DNA of 64,000 nt, from positions 65 through 64,064 of the forward strand of contig JAOUBY010000003.1 in NCBI GenBank assembly GCA_029860045.1, written 5' to 3'. Positions 46,753 through 57,195 of this stretch are shown piece by piece. Both the position numbers and the translations under genes were made by a program. Source of the DNA: Gammaproteobacteria bacterium (lineage in GTDB: Bacteria; Pseudomonadota; Gammaproteobacteria; UBA9214). Within the stretch, counting starts at the first letter, position 1; the number at the start of each line of letters is the position of its first letter. Under the pieces are notes generated by a model. That model saw nothing but the letters and a program-made list of their open reading frames with translations. It made no database searches and was not told where the DNA came from.

Positions 46753-48675
46753 ATGTGTGGCATAGCGGGGATATTCGATACCAGGGAGCAGCGCCCCATC
46801 GATGAGGGGCTGTTGTCCCGCATGAACCAGGTCCAGTTTCATCGTGGTCCTGACGAAGGTGGCGTCCACATTGAACCCGGACTGGGGCTGGCGCACCGCC
46901 GTTTGTCCATCATTGACCTTTCCAATGGTCACCAGCCGTTGTTCAATGAGGATCACTCGGTTGTGGTGGTATTCAACGGCGAGATCTACAATTTCCCGGC
47001 GCTGACCGAGAAATTACTCGCCGCCGGCCACCAGTTCAGAACACATTGTGATACCGAGGTTATCGTTCACGCCTGGGAAGAGTGGGGAGAGGCCTGTGTG
47101 GAGCGATTTCGTGGCATGTTCGCGTTTGCCATATGGGATCGCAATCGTCGCACACTGTTTCTTGCCCGCGACCGCCTGGGAATCAAGCCACTGTATTACG
47201 CACTGCTTGCAGACGGCAGGCTTTTGTTCGGCTCGGAACTCAAGGCCCTGCTGGAGTGCGATGCCCTGCCGCGGGTGATCGATCCCCGTGCGGTGGAAGA
47301 CTATTTTTCCTACGGTTATGTGCCGGACCCGCGTAGCATATTCCGGGATGTACACAAACTCGAGCCGGGGTATACCCTGACGGTGCAAACGGGCCAGGAG
47401 GAGTTACGGCCCCGCCAGTACTGGGACGTCCCGTTTACATCCAACGGCGTACAAAATGAAGCCGACGCCCGGGAAGGCCTCATTGAACAGCTGCGCGAGG
47501 CGGTGGATATGCGTCTGATTGCCGAGGTTCCATTAGGCGCGTTTCTGTCAGGCGGGGTGGATTCCAGTGCCATTGTGGCGCTCATGGCCGGGTTGTCGGA
47601 GAAACCCGTCAGTACCTGTTCCATATCCTTCGGTGATCCTGCTTTTAATGAGGCCCACTACGCAGCGCAGGTCGCGGAACAGTTCGCGACCGATCATCAG
47701 GTGGAAGAGGTCGATCCAGACGATTATGCACTGATTGACCGGTTGGCCGGATTGTACGATGAACCCTATGCCGATAGTTCTGCCATGCCGACCTACCGGG
47801 TGTGTGAGTTGGCCCGAAAGCGCGTTACCGTGGCCCTGTCGGGGGACGGTGGCGATGAGAATTTTGCCGGGTACCGGCGCTATCGCTGGCACATGTATGA
47901 GGAGCGTCTGCGCAATCTGATGCCGCGTGGTCTGCGCAAGCCGCTGTTCGGCGCACTGGGCAGCCTGTATCCAAAGATCGATTGGGCGCCGCGTATTTTC
48001 CGTGCCAAATCAACCTTCCAGGCAGTGGCGAGGGATGCGGTAGAAGGCTATTTCCATAACTTCTCGATCCTGCCCGATATCCTGCGGCAGCAACTCTACA
48101 CGGCCGGGTTCCGGAAACAGCTTGATGGCTACCATGGTATCGAGGTGTTTAACCGGTACCTGGAACAGGCGCCGGAACATCCGCTGTCGATGGTGCAGTA
48201 CCTGGACATGAAAACCTATCTTGCGGGTGACATCCTTACCAAGGTGGACCGCGCCAGCATGGCGCATGCCCTGGAAGTGCGAGTGCCGATCCTGGACCAC
48301 AGGTTTGTGGAGTGGGTGTCAGGACTTCCACCCGCAATGAAATTGTCCGGTGGTGAGGGTAAGTACATCTTCAAACGTGCACTTGAGCCACACTTGAGCA
48401 AGGAAATTCTGTACCGTCGCAAGATGGGTTTTGCCGTTCCCCTGGCCGGCTGGTTTCGGGGGCCGTTGCGTCAGCGTATCCGTGACGCCCTGCTGGGCCC
48501 TACGTTAGCTGATATGGGGATATTTGATACAGATTTCCTGGAGGCCCTGCTGGACCAGCACCAGTCGGGACGCCGGGATCACAGTGCCGCGCTGTGGGCC
48601 CTGCTCATGTTTGAAGCCTTTGTGCGTAACAGCCTGAACCACCGGCAAGCTCCGCCTGTTGCAGTAGCAGGGTGA
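46753..48675 (+). CDS. XrtA system amidotransferase (asparagine synthase-like, TIGR03108-like)
   Basis: MCGIAG Ntn N-terminus, HRGPD, FNGEIYN, FLSGGVDSS, LSGDGGDE, KVDRASMAH.LEVRVP. Confidence 0.95.
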   Translation: MCGIAGIFDTREQRPIDEGLLSRMNQVQFHRGPDEGGVHIEPGLGLAHRRLSIIDLSNGHQPLFNEDHSVVVVFNGEIYNFPALTEKLLAAGHQFRTHCDTEVIVHAWEEWGEACVERFRGMFAFAIWDRNRRTLFLARDRLGIKPLYYALLADGRLLFGSELKALLECDALPRVIDPRAVEDYFSYGYVPDPRSIFRDVHKLEPGYTLTVQTGQEELRPRQYWDVPFTSNGVQNEADAREGLIEQLREAVDMRLIAEVPLGAFLSGGVDSSAIVALMAGLSEKPVSTCSISFGDPAFNEAHYAAQVAEQFATDHQVEEVDPDDYALIDRLAGLYDEPYADSSAMPTYRVCELARKRVTVALSGDGGDENFAGYRRYRWHMYEERLRNLMPRGLRKPLFGALGSLYPKIDWAPRIFRAKSTFQAVARDAVEGYFHNFSILPDILRQQLYTAGFRKQLDGYHGIEVFNRYLEQAPEHPLSMVQYLDMKTYLAGDILTKVDRASMAHALEVRVPILDHRFVEWVSGLPPAMKLSGGEGKYIFKRALEPHLSKEILYRRKMGFAVPLAGWFRGPLRQRIRDALLGPTLADMGIFDTDFLEALLDQHQSGRRDHSAALWALLMFEAFVRNSLNHRQAPPVAVAG

Positions 48676-48679
48676 CGGC

Positions 48680-49879
48680 ATGCGTATCCTGCATATCCTC
48701 GATCATTCCATTCCGCTGCATAGCGGTTATACATTCCGGACCCGCAATATATTGCAGGAACAGCGTGCATTGGGCTGGGAAACTGTGCACGTCACCGGCA
48801 GCAAACACCTGAATCCCGCGGGGCAGGAAGAAGATGTTGAAGGATTCCATTTCTACCGTACACAGGCTTCTGAAGGATTTCTTGACAGATTGCCGGTACT
48901 GAACCAGCTGGCAGTGGTCAATACGCTGTCTGCCCGGCTGGAAGAGGTTGTGGAAAAAGAAAGCCCCGATATCCTGCACGCACATTCTCCAAGCCTGAAT
49001 GGCCTGGCGGCGCTCAGGATCGGACGCAGACACAGGATTCCTGTGGTCTATGAGTGTCGTGCATTCTGGGAGGATGCAGCCGTGGATCACGGTACCAGCA
49101 GTGAGTGGGGACTGCGCTATCGATTGACGCGTGCACTGGAGACGCGGGTATTCAAGCAGGCCAATGCAGTAACCACGATTTGTGAGGGTCTGCGTCGCGA
49201 TATTCTTGCACGGGGCATCCCCCCCGAGAGGGTGACTGTCATTCCAAATGCAGTCGATATCGGGCGCTTTAATACAGATCGGCAAGTGGACCCGGAACTG
49301 GTTCTGCGGCTGGGGCTGGAAGGTACACAGGTGCTTGGGTTTATCGGTTCATTCTATGCCTACGAGGGTTTGTCACTGTTAATCGAGGCCATGCCCCGGG
49401 TTCTGGCCCAGATGCCTGATGTGCGGCTGCTGCTGGTTGGCGGCGGCCCTCAGGAAGACGCTTTACATCAACAGGCAGACGAGCTTGGAGTCGGCGACAG
49501 GATCGTGTTCACCGGCCGGGTGCCGCATGATCAGGTGCAAAAGTATTATGACCTGGTGGATATCCTTGTATACCCGCGTCTGCCCATGCGCCTCACCGAA
49601 CTGGTTACGCCTCTGAAGCCACTGGAGGCGATGGCGCAGGGTCGAATAGTCCTTGCATCGGACGTGGGTGGTCACAAGGAACTGATACGCGATGGCGAAA
49701 ACGGGACCCTGTTCTGCGCAGGAGATTCGGAATCACTGGTGGAATCCATTCTGATGATATTGCAGCATCCGGACGAATGGCCGCGCATGCAATCGTGCGG
49801 AAGAGAATTCGTGGAACGGGAGCGCAACTGGCCGGCAAGCGTGGCTGGTTACAAAACCGTTTATGAGCGCCTGGTATAG
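48680..49879 (+). CDS. Glycosyltransferase family 4, TIGR04063-like
   Basis: LDHSIPLHSGYTFRT, FWEDAAVDHG, LVTPLKPLEAMA. Confidence 0.93.
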   Translation: MRILHILDHSIPLHSGYTFRTRNILQEQRALGWETVHVTGSKHLNPAGQEEDVEGFHFYRTQASEGFLDRLPVLNQLAVVNTLSARLEEVVEKESPDILHAHSPSLNGLAALRIGRRHRIPVVYECRAFWEDAAVDHGTSSEWGLRYRLTRALETRVFKQANAVTTICEGLRRDILARGIPPERVTVIPNAVDIGRFNTDRQVDPELVLRLGLEGTQVLGFIGSFYAYEGLSLLIEAMPRVLAQMPDVRLLLVGGGPQEDALHQQADELGVGDRIVFTGRVPHDQVQKYYDLVDILVYPRLPMRLTELVTPLKPLEAMAQGRIVLASDVGGHKELIRDGENGTLFCAGDSESLVESILMILQHPDEWPRMQSCGREFVERERNWPASVAGYKTVYERLV

Positions 49880-49935
49880 ACCCCTGTTCATCTCCAACCC
49901 AAAAAGCTGCTCTGTAGCCTGAAAGTTATAGAAAC

Positions 49936-50949
49936 ATGAACCGCGAAATACTGGATCGGATTGTGCGCGAGGGAAACCGGATTTTTCCCACTGGTGGAAA
50001 AGCCACAGTCGGGAAAATCAATGAGTTCGTCAACCCCGGATCAACAACATACCGGGTAGAACTGTTCCTCGGCGAAGAAAGGCGTTCAATCTATGTAAAA
50101 ATACTGATTCCCGGACGCGGCGAAACTGAAAAGATTAAGGAAGATGTAGTCAAGGAATACGAAACGCTCAGCCGCCTTTACGATGGTTTCTCGGGCATGT
50201 CGCATATTTCTGTGGTTCGACCAGTTGCTGTTTTTCCTGAATACAGGGCAATTGCGACTGAGGAGGCGCCCGGGCCAACGCTGCAGCATCGACTGGCCAG
50301 GGCAACAAGGCCCTGGGCATCCAGCCATGATTCAGACAAGGCCGGCAGGTGCTGCTATCTTGCGGGAAAATGGCTGAACAAATTTCAGCAATTGACATAC
50401 CGGGGGAATGGTCCCTTCTCAGCAGGGGACATGGTGGATTATTGCAATGTACGGCTGCGTGATCTTGGGTCAAGGCCTGAAAGTGGTGTCAATGACAGCT
50501 TTCGGAAAAAGATATCCGGTTATATAGAGGAGATGTCCAGACAGGCAGCTCAGCAGGAGAACACCGTTGCTGGTTGTCATAATGACTATGCGCCGCATAA
50601 TATGATTGCACAGGATAACCACCTGTGCGTGCTGGACCTGGGTTTTTTCAGTTACGACTCGACGATTTTTGATGTATGCCGTTTTTGGCATCGTCTGGAA
50701 ACATTCAAGGCAGATCCCCTGGTCTCCGACCGTCGAATAACAGATTATCAGGAGAGTTTTCTGCTGGGCTATGGACAAAGGGTAGACAGAGGTGTCAGTG
50801 CATTCAGGCTTGCCGAGTGCCGCTTTGTCCTTTCAAGTATGTGTACCCTTTTGAAGGGCAGCCCCCGGTCTTTTGTAAGAAGGCAGCTTGATTCTCACTT
50901 GTACAGAACGTATTTGAGCTGGTTGAAGAAGGAGTGTGCGAATTTTTAA
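49936..50949 (+). CDS. Phosphotransferase (APH/choline kinase-like fold)
   Basis: IYVK Lys, EYETL, catalytic loop HNDYAPHN, LDLG. Confidence 0.75.
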   Translation: MNREILDRIVREGNRIFPTGGKATVGKINEFVNPGSTTYRVELFLGEERRSIYVKILIPGRGETEKIKEDVVKEYETLSRLYDGFSGMSHISVVRPVAVFPEYRAIATEEAPGPTLQHRLARATRPWASSHDSDKAGRCCYLAGKWLNKFQQLTYRGNGPFSAGDMVDYCNVRLRDLGSRPESGVNDSFRKKISGYIEEMSRQAAQQENTVAGCHNDYAPHNMIAQDNHLCVLDLGFFSYDSTIFDVCRFWHRLETFKADPLVSDRRITDYQESFLLGYGQRVDRGVSAFRLAECRFVLSSMCTLLKGSPRSFVRRQLDSHLYRTYLSWLKKECANF

Positions 50950-51010
50950 CTGCGCCCTGGAACCGACCCCTGTTCGATTCAGTAAACCGTGAGATTATTC
51001 GATCACGATC

Positions 51011-52249
51011 ATGTGTGAGCATCAAGCCAGACTAGTGGTATTTTCCAGTCTTTTCCCGCATTCAGGTGCGCCGAACACAGGTGTATTCATCCGTGAGCGA
51101 ATGTTTCGGGTCGGAGAAGTGCTGCCGATCACCGTGGTTTCTCCACAGCCCTGGTTCCCGGGGCAAGGTCTGATTCGCAAGTTCAGGCCGTATTTCAGGC
51201 TGCCAGCTCCAAAACAGGACATACAGCAAGGGATAACAATACTGTATCCGCGCTTCCTGTCTGTGCCCGGTTTTTTCAAGCAATTTGACGGTCTCTCCAT
51301 GGCGTTGAGGACCTATCCGCTATTGCGAAGGCTCCGCAAACAGACAGGCTTTAATGTCCTGGATGCACACTTTGCCTATCCTGATGGCTATGCTGCCACG
51401 TTGCTGGGTAAATGGCTCAAGGTGCCGGTGACTATCACAATGCGCGGTACAGAGATGCCGCACAGCAAGAATGCAAAACTGCGTCCTCTGCTGGTCAGTG
51501 CCCTGCTGCTTGCAACTCGCCTGTTTTCGGTTTCCGAATCCCTGCGTCAGCATGCTATTGCGCTTGGCGTTGAACCCTCCGGGATCCGCGTGGTGGGTAA
51601 TGGTGTTGATACAGATAAGTTCTGTCCTGTGGACAGGGCGGCAGCCAGAAGAAGATTTGGCATCCCGCTGCATGCAAAGGTAATGGTATCTGTTGGAGCG
51701 CTGGTAGAGCGCAAGGGATTTCACCGGGTCATAGAGATCCTGCCGGAGTTACTTAAATCCGAGCCCGGTCTGCATTATCTTGTTGTCGGTGGCGCGAGCC
51801 CGGAAGGTAACTGGCGCACAGAGCTGGAGCAGCGGGTCAGGGAACTCCATTTGGACAAGCAGGTTCACTTTCTAGGTGCCATGCCTTCAACGGAACTCAA
51901 GTGGCCGCTTTCGGCGTCTGATGTGTTCGTGCTTGCCACAAGCAATGAAGGCTGGGCCAATGTCTTCCTGGAAGCGATGGCCTGCGGTCTCCCTGTCATT
52001 ACCACGGATGTTGGTGGTAATCCGGAGGTTGTAAGTCGACCGGAACTGGGTGCTGTCGTACCGTTTGGCAATCAGGAGGCGCTTCGTGAGGCACTATGCA
52101 ACGCACTGGAACAGGCCTGGGACAGTGCGCAGATTCGCGCCTATGCCGAAGAAAATGCCTGGGATACCAGGGTGGCATGTCTGACTGAGGAATTCGATCA
52201 GATAGTGACGGCGGATCGTCAGACTGCCGGGGAGGTCAGGCGCAAATGA
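51011..52249 (+). CDS. Glycosyltransferase family 4 (TuaC-like)
   Basis: DAHFAYPDG, NGVD, RKGFH, EGWANVFLEAMACG. Confidence 0.92.
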   Translation: MCEHQARLVVFSSLFPHSGAPNTGVFIRERMFRVGEVLPITVVSPQPWFPGQGLIRKFRPYFRLPAPKQDIQQGITILYPRFLSVPGFFKQFDGLSMALRTYPLLRRLRKQTGFNVLDAHFAYPDGYAATLLGKWLKVPVTITMRGTEMPHSKNAKLRPLLVSALLLATRLFSVSESLRQHAIALGVEPSGIRVVGNGVDTDKFCPVDRAAARRRFGIPLHAKVMVSVGALVERKGFHRVIEILPELLKSEPGLHYLVVGGASPEGNWRTELEQRVRELHLDKQVHFLGAMPSTELKWPLSASDVFVLATSNEGWANVFLEAMACGLPVITTDVGGNPEVVSRPELGAVVPFGNQEALREALCNALEQAWDSAQIRAYAEENAWDTRVACLTEEFDQIVTADRQTAGEVRRK

Positions 52250-53622
52250 TCAGACCTCTGCTTGCCCGGCACCTGATCTATCCGTTCCATGAACGCCTCA
52301 TGAAACGACCTACGTTTGGCTATCTTTCGGAACTCGAGGACAGTCAATGGCTGACACGTGCAGAACTCGAGAAGCTGCAGGAAAAGAAACTGACCGACTT
52401 GCTCAAGTCGGCTTGTGCACACACACCCTGGCACCGGGAACGAATCCTGGCAGCGGGCATCGATCCCAATGGCGATGTGACGCTGGAAGACCTGCGCACG
52501 CTGCCTGTCATGGATAAACAGGATGCAGCCACACACGGTGACCAGATGGTATGGCACGCTGTGCCGGGTGGTACCTTCAAATACAATACCGGTGGATCCA
52601 GTGGCCAGCCGCTGATCTTCCATTATGGCCGCCGGCGGCAGGCCTCGGATGCAGCGGGCCGCATGCGGGCCCGGCGCTGGTGGGGTGTCGAGCCTGGCGA
52701 CCCGGAAGTCTATCTGTGGGGTGCGCCGGTAGAGCTGGACAAGATCGATCGGGTGAAGACATTGCGTGATCGCCTGTTGAATCAACTGGTACTCAATGCC
52801 TTTGAAATGTCACCTGCCAGCATGGATGCCTATGCGAAGGCAATCCAGTCCTGCCAGCCCTGCTGCATCTATGGCTATGCCAGTTCGCTGGCGCTGTTCG
52901 CCGCCCATGTGATCGAGCGGTCAATCAGGTTCAGACTGCCTCGATTGAAAGTCGTATGCACCACAGGCGAACCACTGTTCGAACATCAACGGCAGCTGAT
53001 TGGCATGGCCTTCCAGGCCCCGGTGGCGAACGAATTCGGCAGCCGTGATATCGGTTTTACTGCCCATGAGACGCCTGAAGGTCAGATGCTGCTGATGAGT
53101 GAAAGCATCATCCTGGAAGTGCTGGATGCACAGGACCGGCCCGTAGCGCCAGGTGAAACGGGAGAAGCCGTAATGACGGCGCTCGAATCCCATGCGCAGC
53201 CCTTTATCCGCTACCGGACGGGTGACATGGTACGGGTCTCGGGCGATACCTGCCGGGAAGGGCGAGGGCTGCATGTTATCGGGGAGGTGCATGGCCGTAT
53301 GACAGACTTTATCGTGCGCTCAGACGGTACGATCATGCATGCCCTCGCCGTCATATACGTGCTGCGCGAGGTGGCAGGTGTCGCAGAATTCAAGATCGTG
53401 CAACACACGCTGGATGATCTTGAGGTGTTGGTCGTTCCGGATGCCGGTTGGCAGGAAACCGGGAAAGACCGGATCGTGGCCGGGTTGAAGAAACGGCTGG
53501 GCGAAGACGTCCACATCGATCTTCGGCTGGTCGAGAGTATCCCACCCGAGGCCTCCGGCAAGCATCGCTATGTGGTCAGCCATGTGGCACTCCCGGCGGC
53601 TCTTAAGATGGCTATCAAGTAG
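52246..53622 (+). CDS. Phenylacetate-CoA ligase family (CapK-like) adenylate-forming enzyme
   Basis: TGGSSGQP P-loop, NEFGSRD, PFIRYRTGD, GR..D, ASGKHR. Confidence 0.88.
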   Translation: MIRPLLARHLIYPFHERLMKRPTFGYLSELEDSQWLTRAELEKLQEKKLTDLLKSACAHTPWHRERILAAGIDPNGDVTLEDLRTLPVMDKQDAATHGDQMVWHAVPGGTFKYNTGGSSGQPLIFHYGRRRQASDAAGRMRARRWWGVEPGDPEVYLWGAPVELDKIDRVKTLRDRLLNQLVLNAFEMSPASMDAYAKAIQSCQPCCIYGYASSLALFAAHVIERSIRFRLPRLKVVCTTGEPLFEHQRQLIGMAFQAPVANEFGSRDIGFTAHETPEGQMLLMSESIILEVLDAQDRPVAPGETGEAVMTALESHAQPFIRYRTGDMVRVSGDTCREGRGLHVIGEVHGRMTDFIVRSDGTIMHALAVIYVLREVAGVAEFKIVQHTLDDLEVLVVPDAGWQETGKDRIVAGLKKRLGEDVHIDLRLVESIPPEASGKHRYVVSHVALPAALKMAIK

Positions 53623-53656
53623 CCGATAATCTGACAATAAACTGAAATCCGCAGAT

Positions 53657-54865
53657 ATGAATATCGTCAAGCTGGCCTCGCTGCCGTTCCGCTATCGTCC
53701 CTGGCAACCACGCCATGCCAGGCTTATCGCTGCCGACATTTTCAGGACGGCTGGCGGGCAGCAACTGGAACACCGGATCCATTTGCAGGGTGCTATCGAG
53801 TGGCTCTGCCGGGCTCAGAACGCGAGGGACGGCAAGCATGATGATGGGGGTGTGTCTGCCGGCTGGAGTTTCGAGGACGGCTGGCTACCCGGTTACCCGG
53901 AGACCACGGGCTATATTATCGAAACGTTTCTCGCCGCTGCGGATATTCTTCAGCGACCGGAACTGGTTGGGCGTGCGAGGCGAATGATCGACTGGGAACT
54001 TTCCATTCAACTGTCTGACGGCGCGTTTCCCGGGCATTTCGGCGAGGCAGGCAGCAGACCGGTTATCTTCAATACGGGGCAGATCATGCATGGACTGGTC
54101 GCCGGGTATACCCGACTGGGGCGGGAAGAATGCCTGGAGTCGGCCGTGCGGGCCGGCCACTGGCTCAGACAGCAGCAGGATGATGATGGCTGCTGGCGAA
54201 AATTTGAGCATAATAATTTTCCTCACGTTTACAATACACGTGCTACCTGGGCATTGCTGGCAACGGGTTTGCTGGCCGGGGACAAGGATTTGGTCGTGGC
54301 CGCGAAACGCAACCTGGAATGGGCGCTTACACAACAAACAGGTTCCGGATGGTATGCCACCAATGCCTTTGATCCATCCCGTTCACCGTTCACCCATACC
54401 ATCGCGTATGCGATCCGCGGGTTCCTTGAATCCGGGCAATTGCTTGATGAGGATCGCTATCTGCATTCTGCCCTCAAGGCGGGCAAGGCAATGGCGGGTG
54501 TACAGCGCGAGGATGGTTGGCTTGCAGGTACCTACAAGGATGGCTGGGTAGCGGATGCCAGCTACTGTTGTCTCACGGGCCTGGCACAGATGAGCCTGAA
54601 CTGGATACGGCTCGCGCAGATCACCGGAGATGACAGTTTCCGCAACCATGCGCAGGCGGGGCTGGCCTATATCAAGGCAACCCAGAAGCTGGAGGATTCG
54701 GATGATGCGGTGCGCGGTGGCATCGCCGGCTCCTTTCCCATCTGGGGAGATTATTCCCGCTTCGAGTACCCGAATTGGGCGGCAAAGTTTTTTTCCGACG
54801 CACTGATGATGGATTTGACTGATGCGGCAGTGCCGCCAGTCCCGGTAGTTGAGAGCGTGCAATAG
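53657..54865 (+). CDS. Alpha/alpha-barrel protein with prenyltransferase/squalene-cyclase-like QW repeats, function unknown
   Basis: Repeats WL..AQ, Q..DGAF, QQDDDGCW, QQT.SGW, Q.EDGW; YPETTGY motif. Confidence 0.65.
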   Translation: MNIVKLASLPFRYRPWQPRHARLIAADIFRTAGGQQLEHRIHLQGAIEWLCRAQNARDGKHDDGGVSAGWSFEDGWLPGYPETTGYIIETFLAAADILQRPELVGRARRMIDWELSIQLSDGAFPGHFGEAGSRPVIFNTGQIMHGLVAGYTRLGREECLESAVRAGHWLRQQQDDDGCWRKFEHNNFPHVYNTRATWALLATGLLAGDKDLVVAAKRNLEWALTQQTGSGWYATNAFDPSRSPFTHTIAYAIRGFLESGQLLDEDRYLHSALKAGKAMAGVQREDGWLAGTYKDGWVADASYCCLTGLAQMSLNWIRLAQITGDDSFRNHAQAGLAYIKATQKLEDSDDAVRGGIAGSFPIWGDYSRFEYPNWAAKFFSDALMMDLTDAAVPPVPVVESVQ

Positions 54866-54866
54866 C

Positions 54867-55676
54867 TTGGACAGGCTTCGGATTATGGTTCTTTGTGGCC
54901 GTTCGCCGCGGCATCTTTATGTGGCCAACGCATTGTGTCAGGCCGCAGAGGTGCTTGCCATTGTGCAGGAGACCGGCAGCGAGTGGGACATGCGAAAACT
55001 TTTCAGGATATTGCGGCCAGATAATTTTTTTCGTAAATCGTGGCGCTGGCTCAGGGATCGTCGGCGTTATTACGGCAATCCTGAGGCAAGATATTTTTTT
55101 GCTGAAGAAGCATCGAAGCTGGGTCAACCGGAGCTGGTCAATGAAGTGCCTTATATCAATCACCCGGACGTGGTGCAGCTTGCCAATAAACTGAAGCCTG
55201 ACCTGATTGCTGTATTCGGCACATCGCTCATCAGGGGTGATTTGCTGCAAAAAGGCCGGCTCGGTATCGTTAATTTGCACGGCGGATTGTCACCGCAGTA
55301 CCGGGGTGCCGATTGCACTTTCTGGGCGCTTTTCAACAAGGAGCCGGAGAAAATAGGTTGCACGCTGCATTTCATCGATGCGGGTATTGATACGGGTCGG
55401 TTGATTGCGCATATAAGCCCGCAGGTGCGTCCCGATGACGATGAGTTGACCCTGTTCTGGCGGAGTGTAAAAGAAAGTGCAAATGTATATGCCGAGTTGA
55501 TGCGACGTCTCGCATGTGGCGAGAGTCTGGGGGCGCCCCAGCATGATATGGGATGCCTCTATCAGGTAAAACAGCGTGGCTTGCGCCACGAACGCAAGGT
55601 CGAGCAGATGTTGGCTGAGGGGCTGTTGCATGGTCGGGAACTGGGGTTGAGGATCAGATGGTTCCCGGCAGAATAG
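54867..55676 (+). CDS. Formyltransferase (N10-formyl-THF dependent, probably acting on a sugar)
   Basis: VNLHGGLSPQYRG and GCTLHFIDAGIDTG motifs; start TTG 54867 or ATG 54885. Confidence 0.88.
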   Translation: MDRLRIMVLCGRSPRHLYVANALCQAAEVLAIVQETGSEWDMRKLFRILRPDNFFRKSWRWLRDRRRYYGNPEARYFFAEEASKLGQPELVNEVPYINHPDVVQLANKLKPDLIAVFGTSLIRGDLLQKGRLGIVNLHGGLSPQYRGADCTFWALFNKEPEKIGCTLHFIDAGIDTGRLIAHISPQVRPDDDELTLFWRSVKESANVYAELMRRLACGESLGAPQHDMGCLYQVKQRGLRHERKVEQMLAEGLLHGRELGLRIRWFPAE

Positions 55677-55844
55677 TGCAGAACCAGGCAATAACAAGGT
55701 TTTATTGCCCTGGCGTGCACGGGTTATGGAAATGCAGGGGCTGGAGATATTCCAGGATTGTGAAAGCACTTCGTCTTTTTATACTGATCCGGCATTACAG
55801 TAGCTTTCTGCTGGCAGAGCCAAACTGATAACGGTACCTGTATC

Positions 55845-57161
55845 ATGCGCGATATCGTCCTGACAGCAATATTTTTCGGCATGCTTCCGTTCGTGTTTTC
55901 AAGGCCATTTGTCGGTATTTATATCTGGAGTTGGCTGGGGTTCATGAACCCACACCGACTGACATATGGCTTCGCCTATGAATTCCCTTTTGCCCAGATT
56001 GTTGCGATTGTTATTCTGGGTTCGATGTTGAAGTCAAAGCAACCCATGCGAGTACCCTGGACACGTGAAACAGTACTGCTGCTGATTTTCATAGCGTGGA
56101 TGCTGTTTACTACCTTTTTTGCCTTCAACAGCGATGGAGCGTGGGAGCAGTGGGACAAGGTCTGGAAAATTCAGTTAATGCTTTTTGTCACTCTAATGCT
56201 GATTGATACAAAACAAAAGCTCGATTGGCTGGTTTGGGTAATCGTGTTGTCCCTGGGGCTATATGGTGTAAAAGGCGGGATATTTACGATCGTAACTGGT
56301 GGAGCATTCCGCGTGCAAGGGCCGACGGGTTCCTTCATAGGGGGTAACAACGAGATAGGACTGGCCCTGATCATGACGATACCGTTGATGCGCTATCTGC
56401 AGTTGCAGGCAAAGAAAGTATGGATACACCAGGGTGTGACTGTGGCAATGTTACTTACGGGTATCGCTGTCATCGGTACCCAGTCCCGGGGGGCCTTGGT
56501 AGGAATGGTAGCCATGGGGACCTTTTTGTGGTTAAAAAGCCGCAACAGGCTTTTCACCTTGTTATCCATTCTTGTTGTTGTTGGTGCCCTGGCTGCTATC
56601 ATGCCGCAGGAATGGTATGACCGCATGGGCACAATAGAGCTCTACCAGGAGGACCGTTCGGCGCTGTCGCGTATCAATGCCTGGGGGATGGCATACAACA
56701 TAGCAGCCGCCCGAATAACCGGAGGTGGATTCGAAGCCTTCTATCCCTGGGCCATCAGACAGTACGCGCCGGATCCAACGATGGGCGCTGATGCGCACAG
56801 CATATACTTCGAGATTTTGGGCGAACACGGTTTTATCGGGTTCACCATGTTCATGCTGCTTGCCTGGTTTACATGGAATACCGGAAACCATGTCCGGCGC
56901 ATGAACAGGAGCAGACCCGAAACAAAGTGGGCCGCAGATCTGGCTGCCATGATTCAGGTCAGTTTGATCGGATACGCCGCATCCGGCGCCTTCCTGGGGC
57001 TCGCGTATTTTGATTTATATTACATACTCATTGCCATCATGGTGATATGCAAGATGAAGAGTATGGAAGAGCTTGCGCGCCTGGACGTTGTGCCTGGAAA
57101 AGGTATAACTGAACCTGGCAAACGACCTATGCATGAGACTGATGCACTGGTAAAAAATTAA
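55845..57161 (+). CDS. Putative O-glycosylation ligase, exosortase A-associated (TIGR03097-like)
   Basis: MRDIVL, FMNPHRLTYGFA, TQSRGA, AHSIYFEILGEHG, GAFLGLAYFD; multi-TM. Confidence 0.92.
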   Translation: MRDIVLTAIFFGMLPFVFSRPFVGIYIWSWLGFMNPHRLTYGFAYEFPFAQIVAIVILGSMLKSKQPMRVPWTRETVLLLIFIAWMLFTTFFAFNSDGAWEQWDKVWKIQLMLFVTLMLIDTKQKLDWLVWVIVLSLGLYGVKGGIFTIVTGGAFRVQGPTGSFIGGNNEIGLALIMTIPLMRYLQLQAKKVWIHQGVTVAMLLTGIAVIGTQSRGALVGMVAMGTFLWLKSRNRLFTLLSILVVVGALAAIMPQEWYDRMGTIELYQEDRSALSRINAWGMAYNIAAARITGGGFEAFYPWAIRQYAPDPTMGADAHSIYFEILGEHGFIGFTMFMLLAWFTWNTGNHVRRMNRSRPETKWAADLAAMIQVSLIGYAASGAFLGLAYFDLYYILIAIMVICKMKSMEELARLDVVPGKGITEPGKRPMHETDALVKN

Positions 57162-57195
57162 TAACGTGTATAGTCCGTATCAGGCAAAACTGCAG

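Noticed and set aside
53657..54865. Squalene-hopene cyclase
   Set aside because: Too short (402 aa), lacks DxDD, and sits in a glycan operon.
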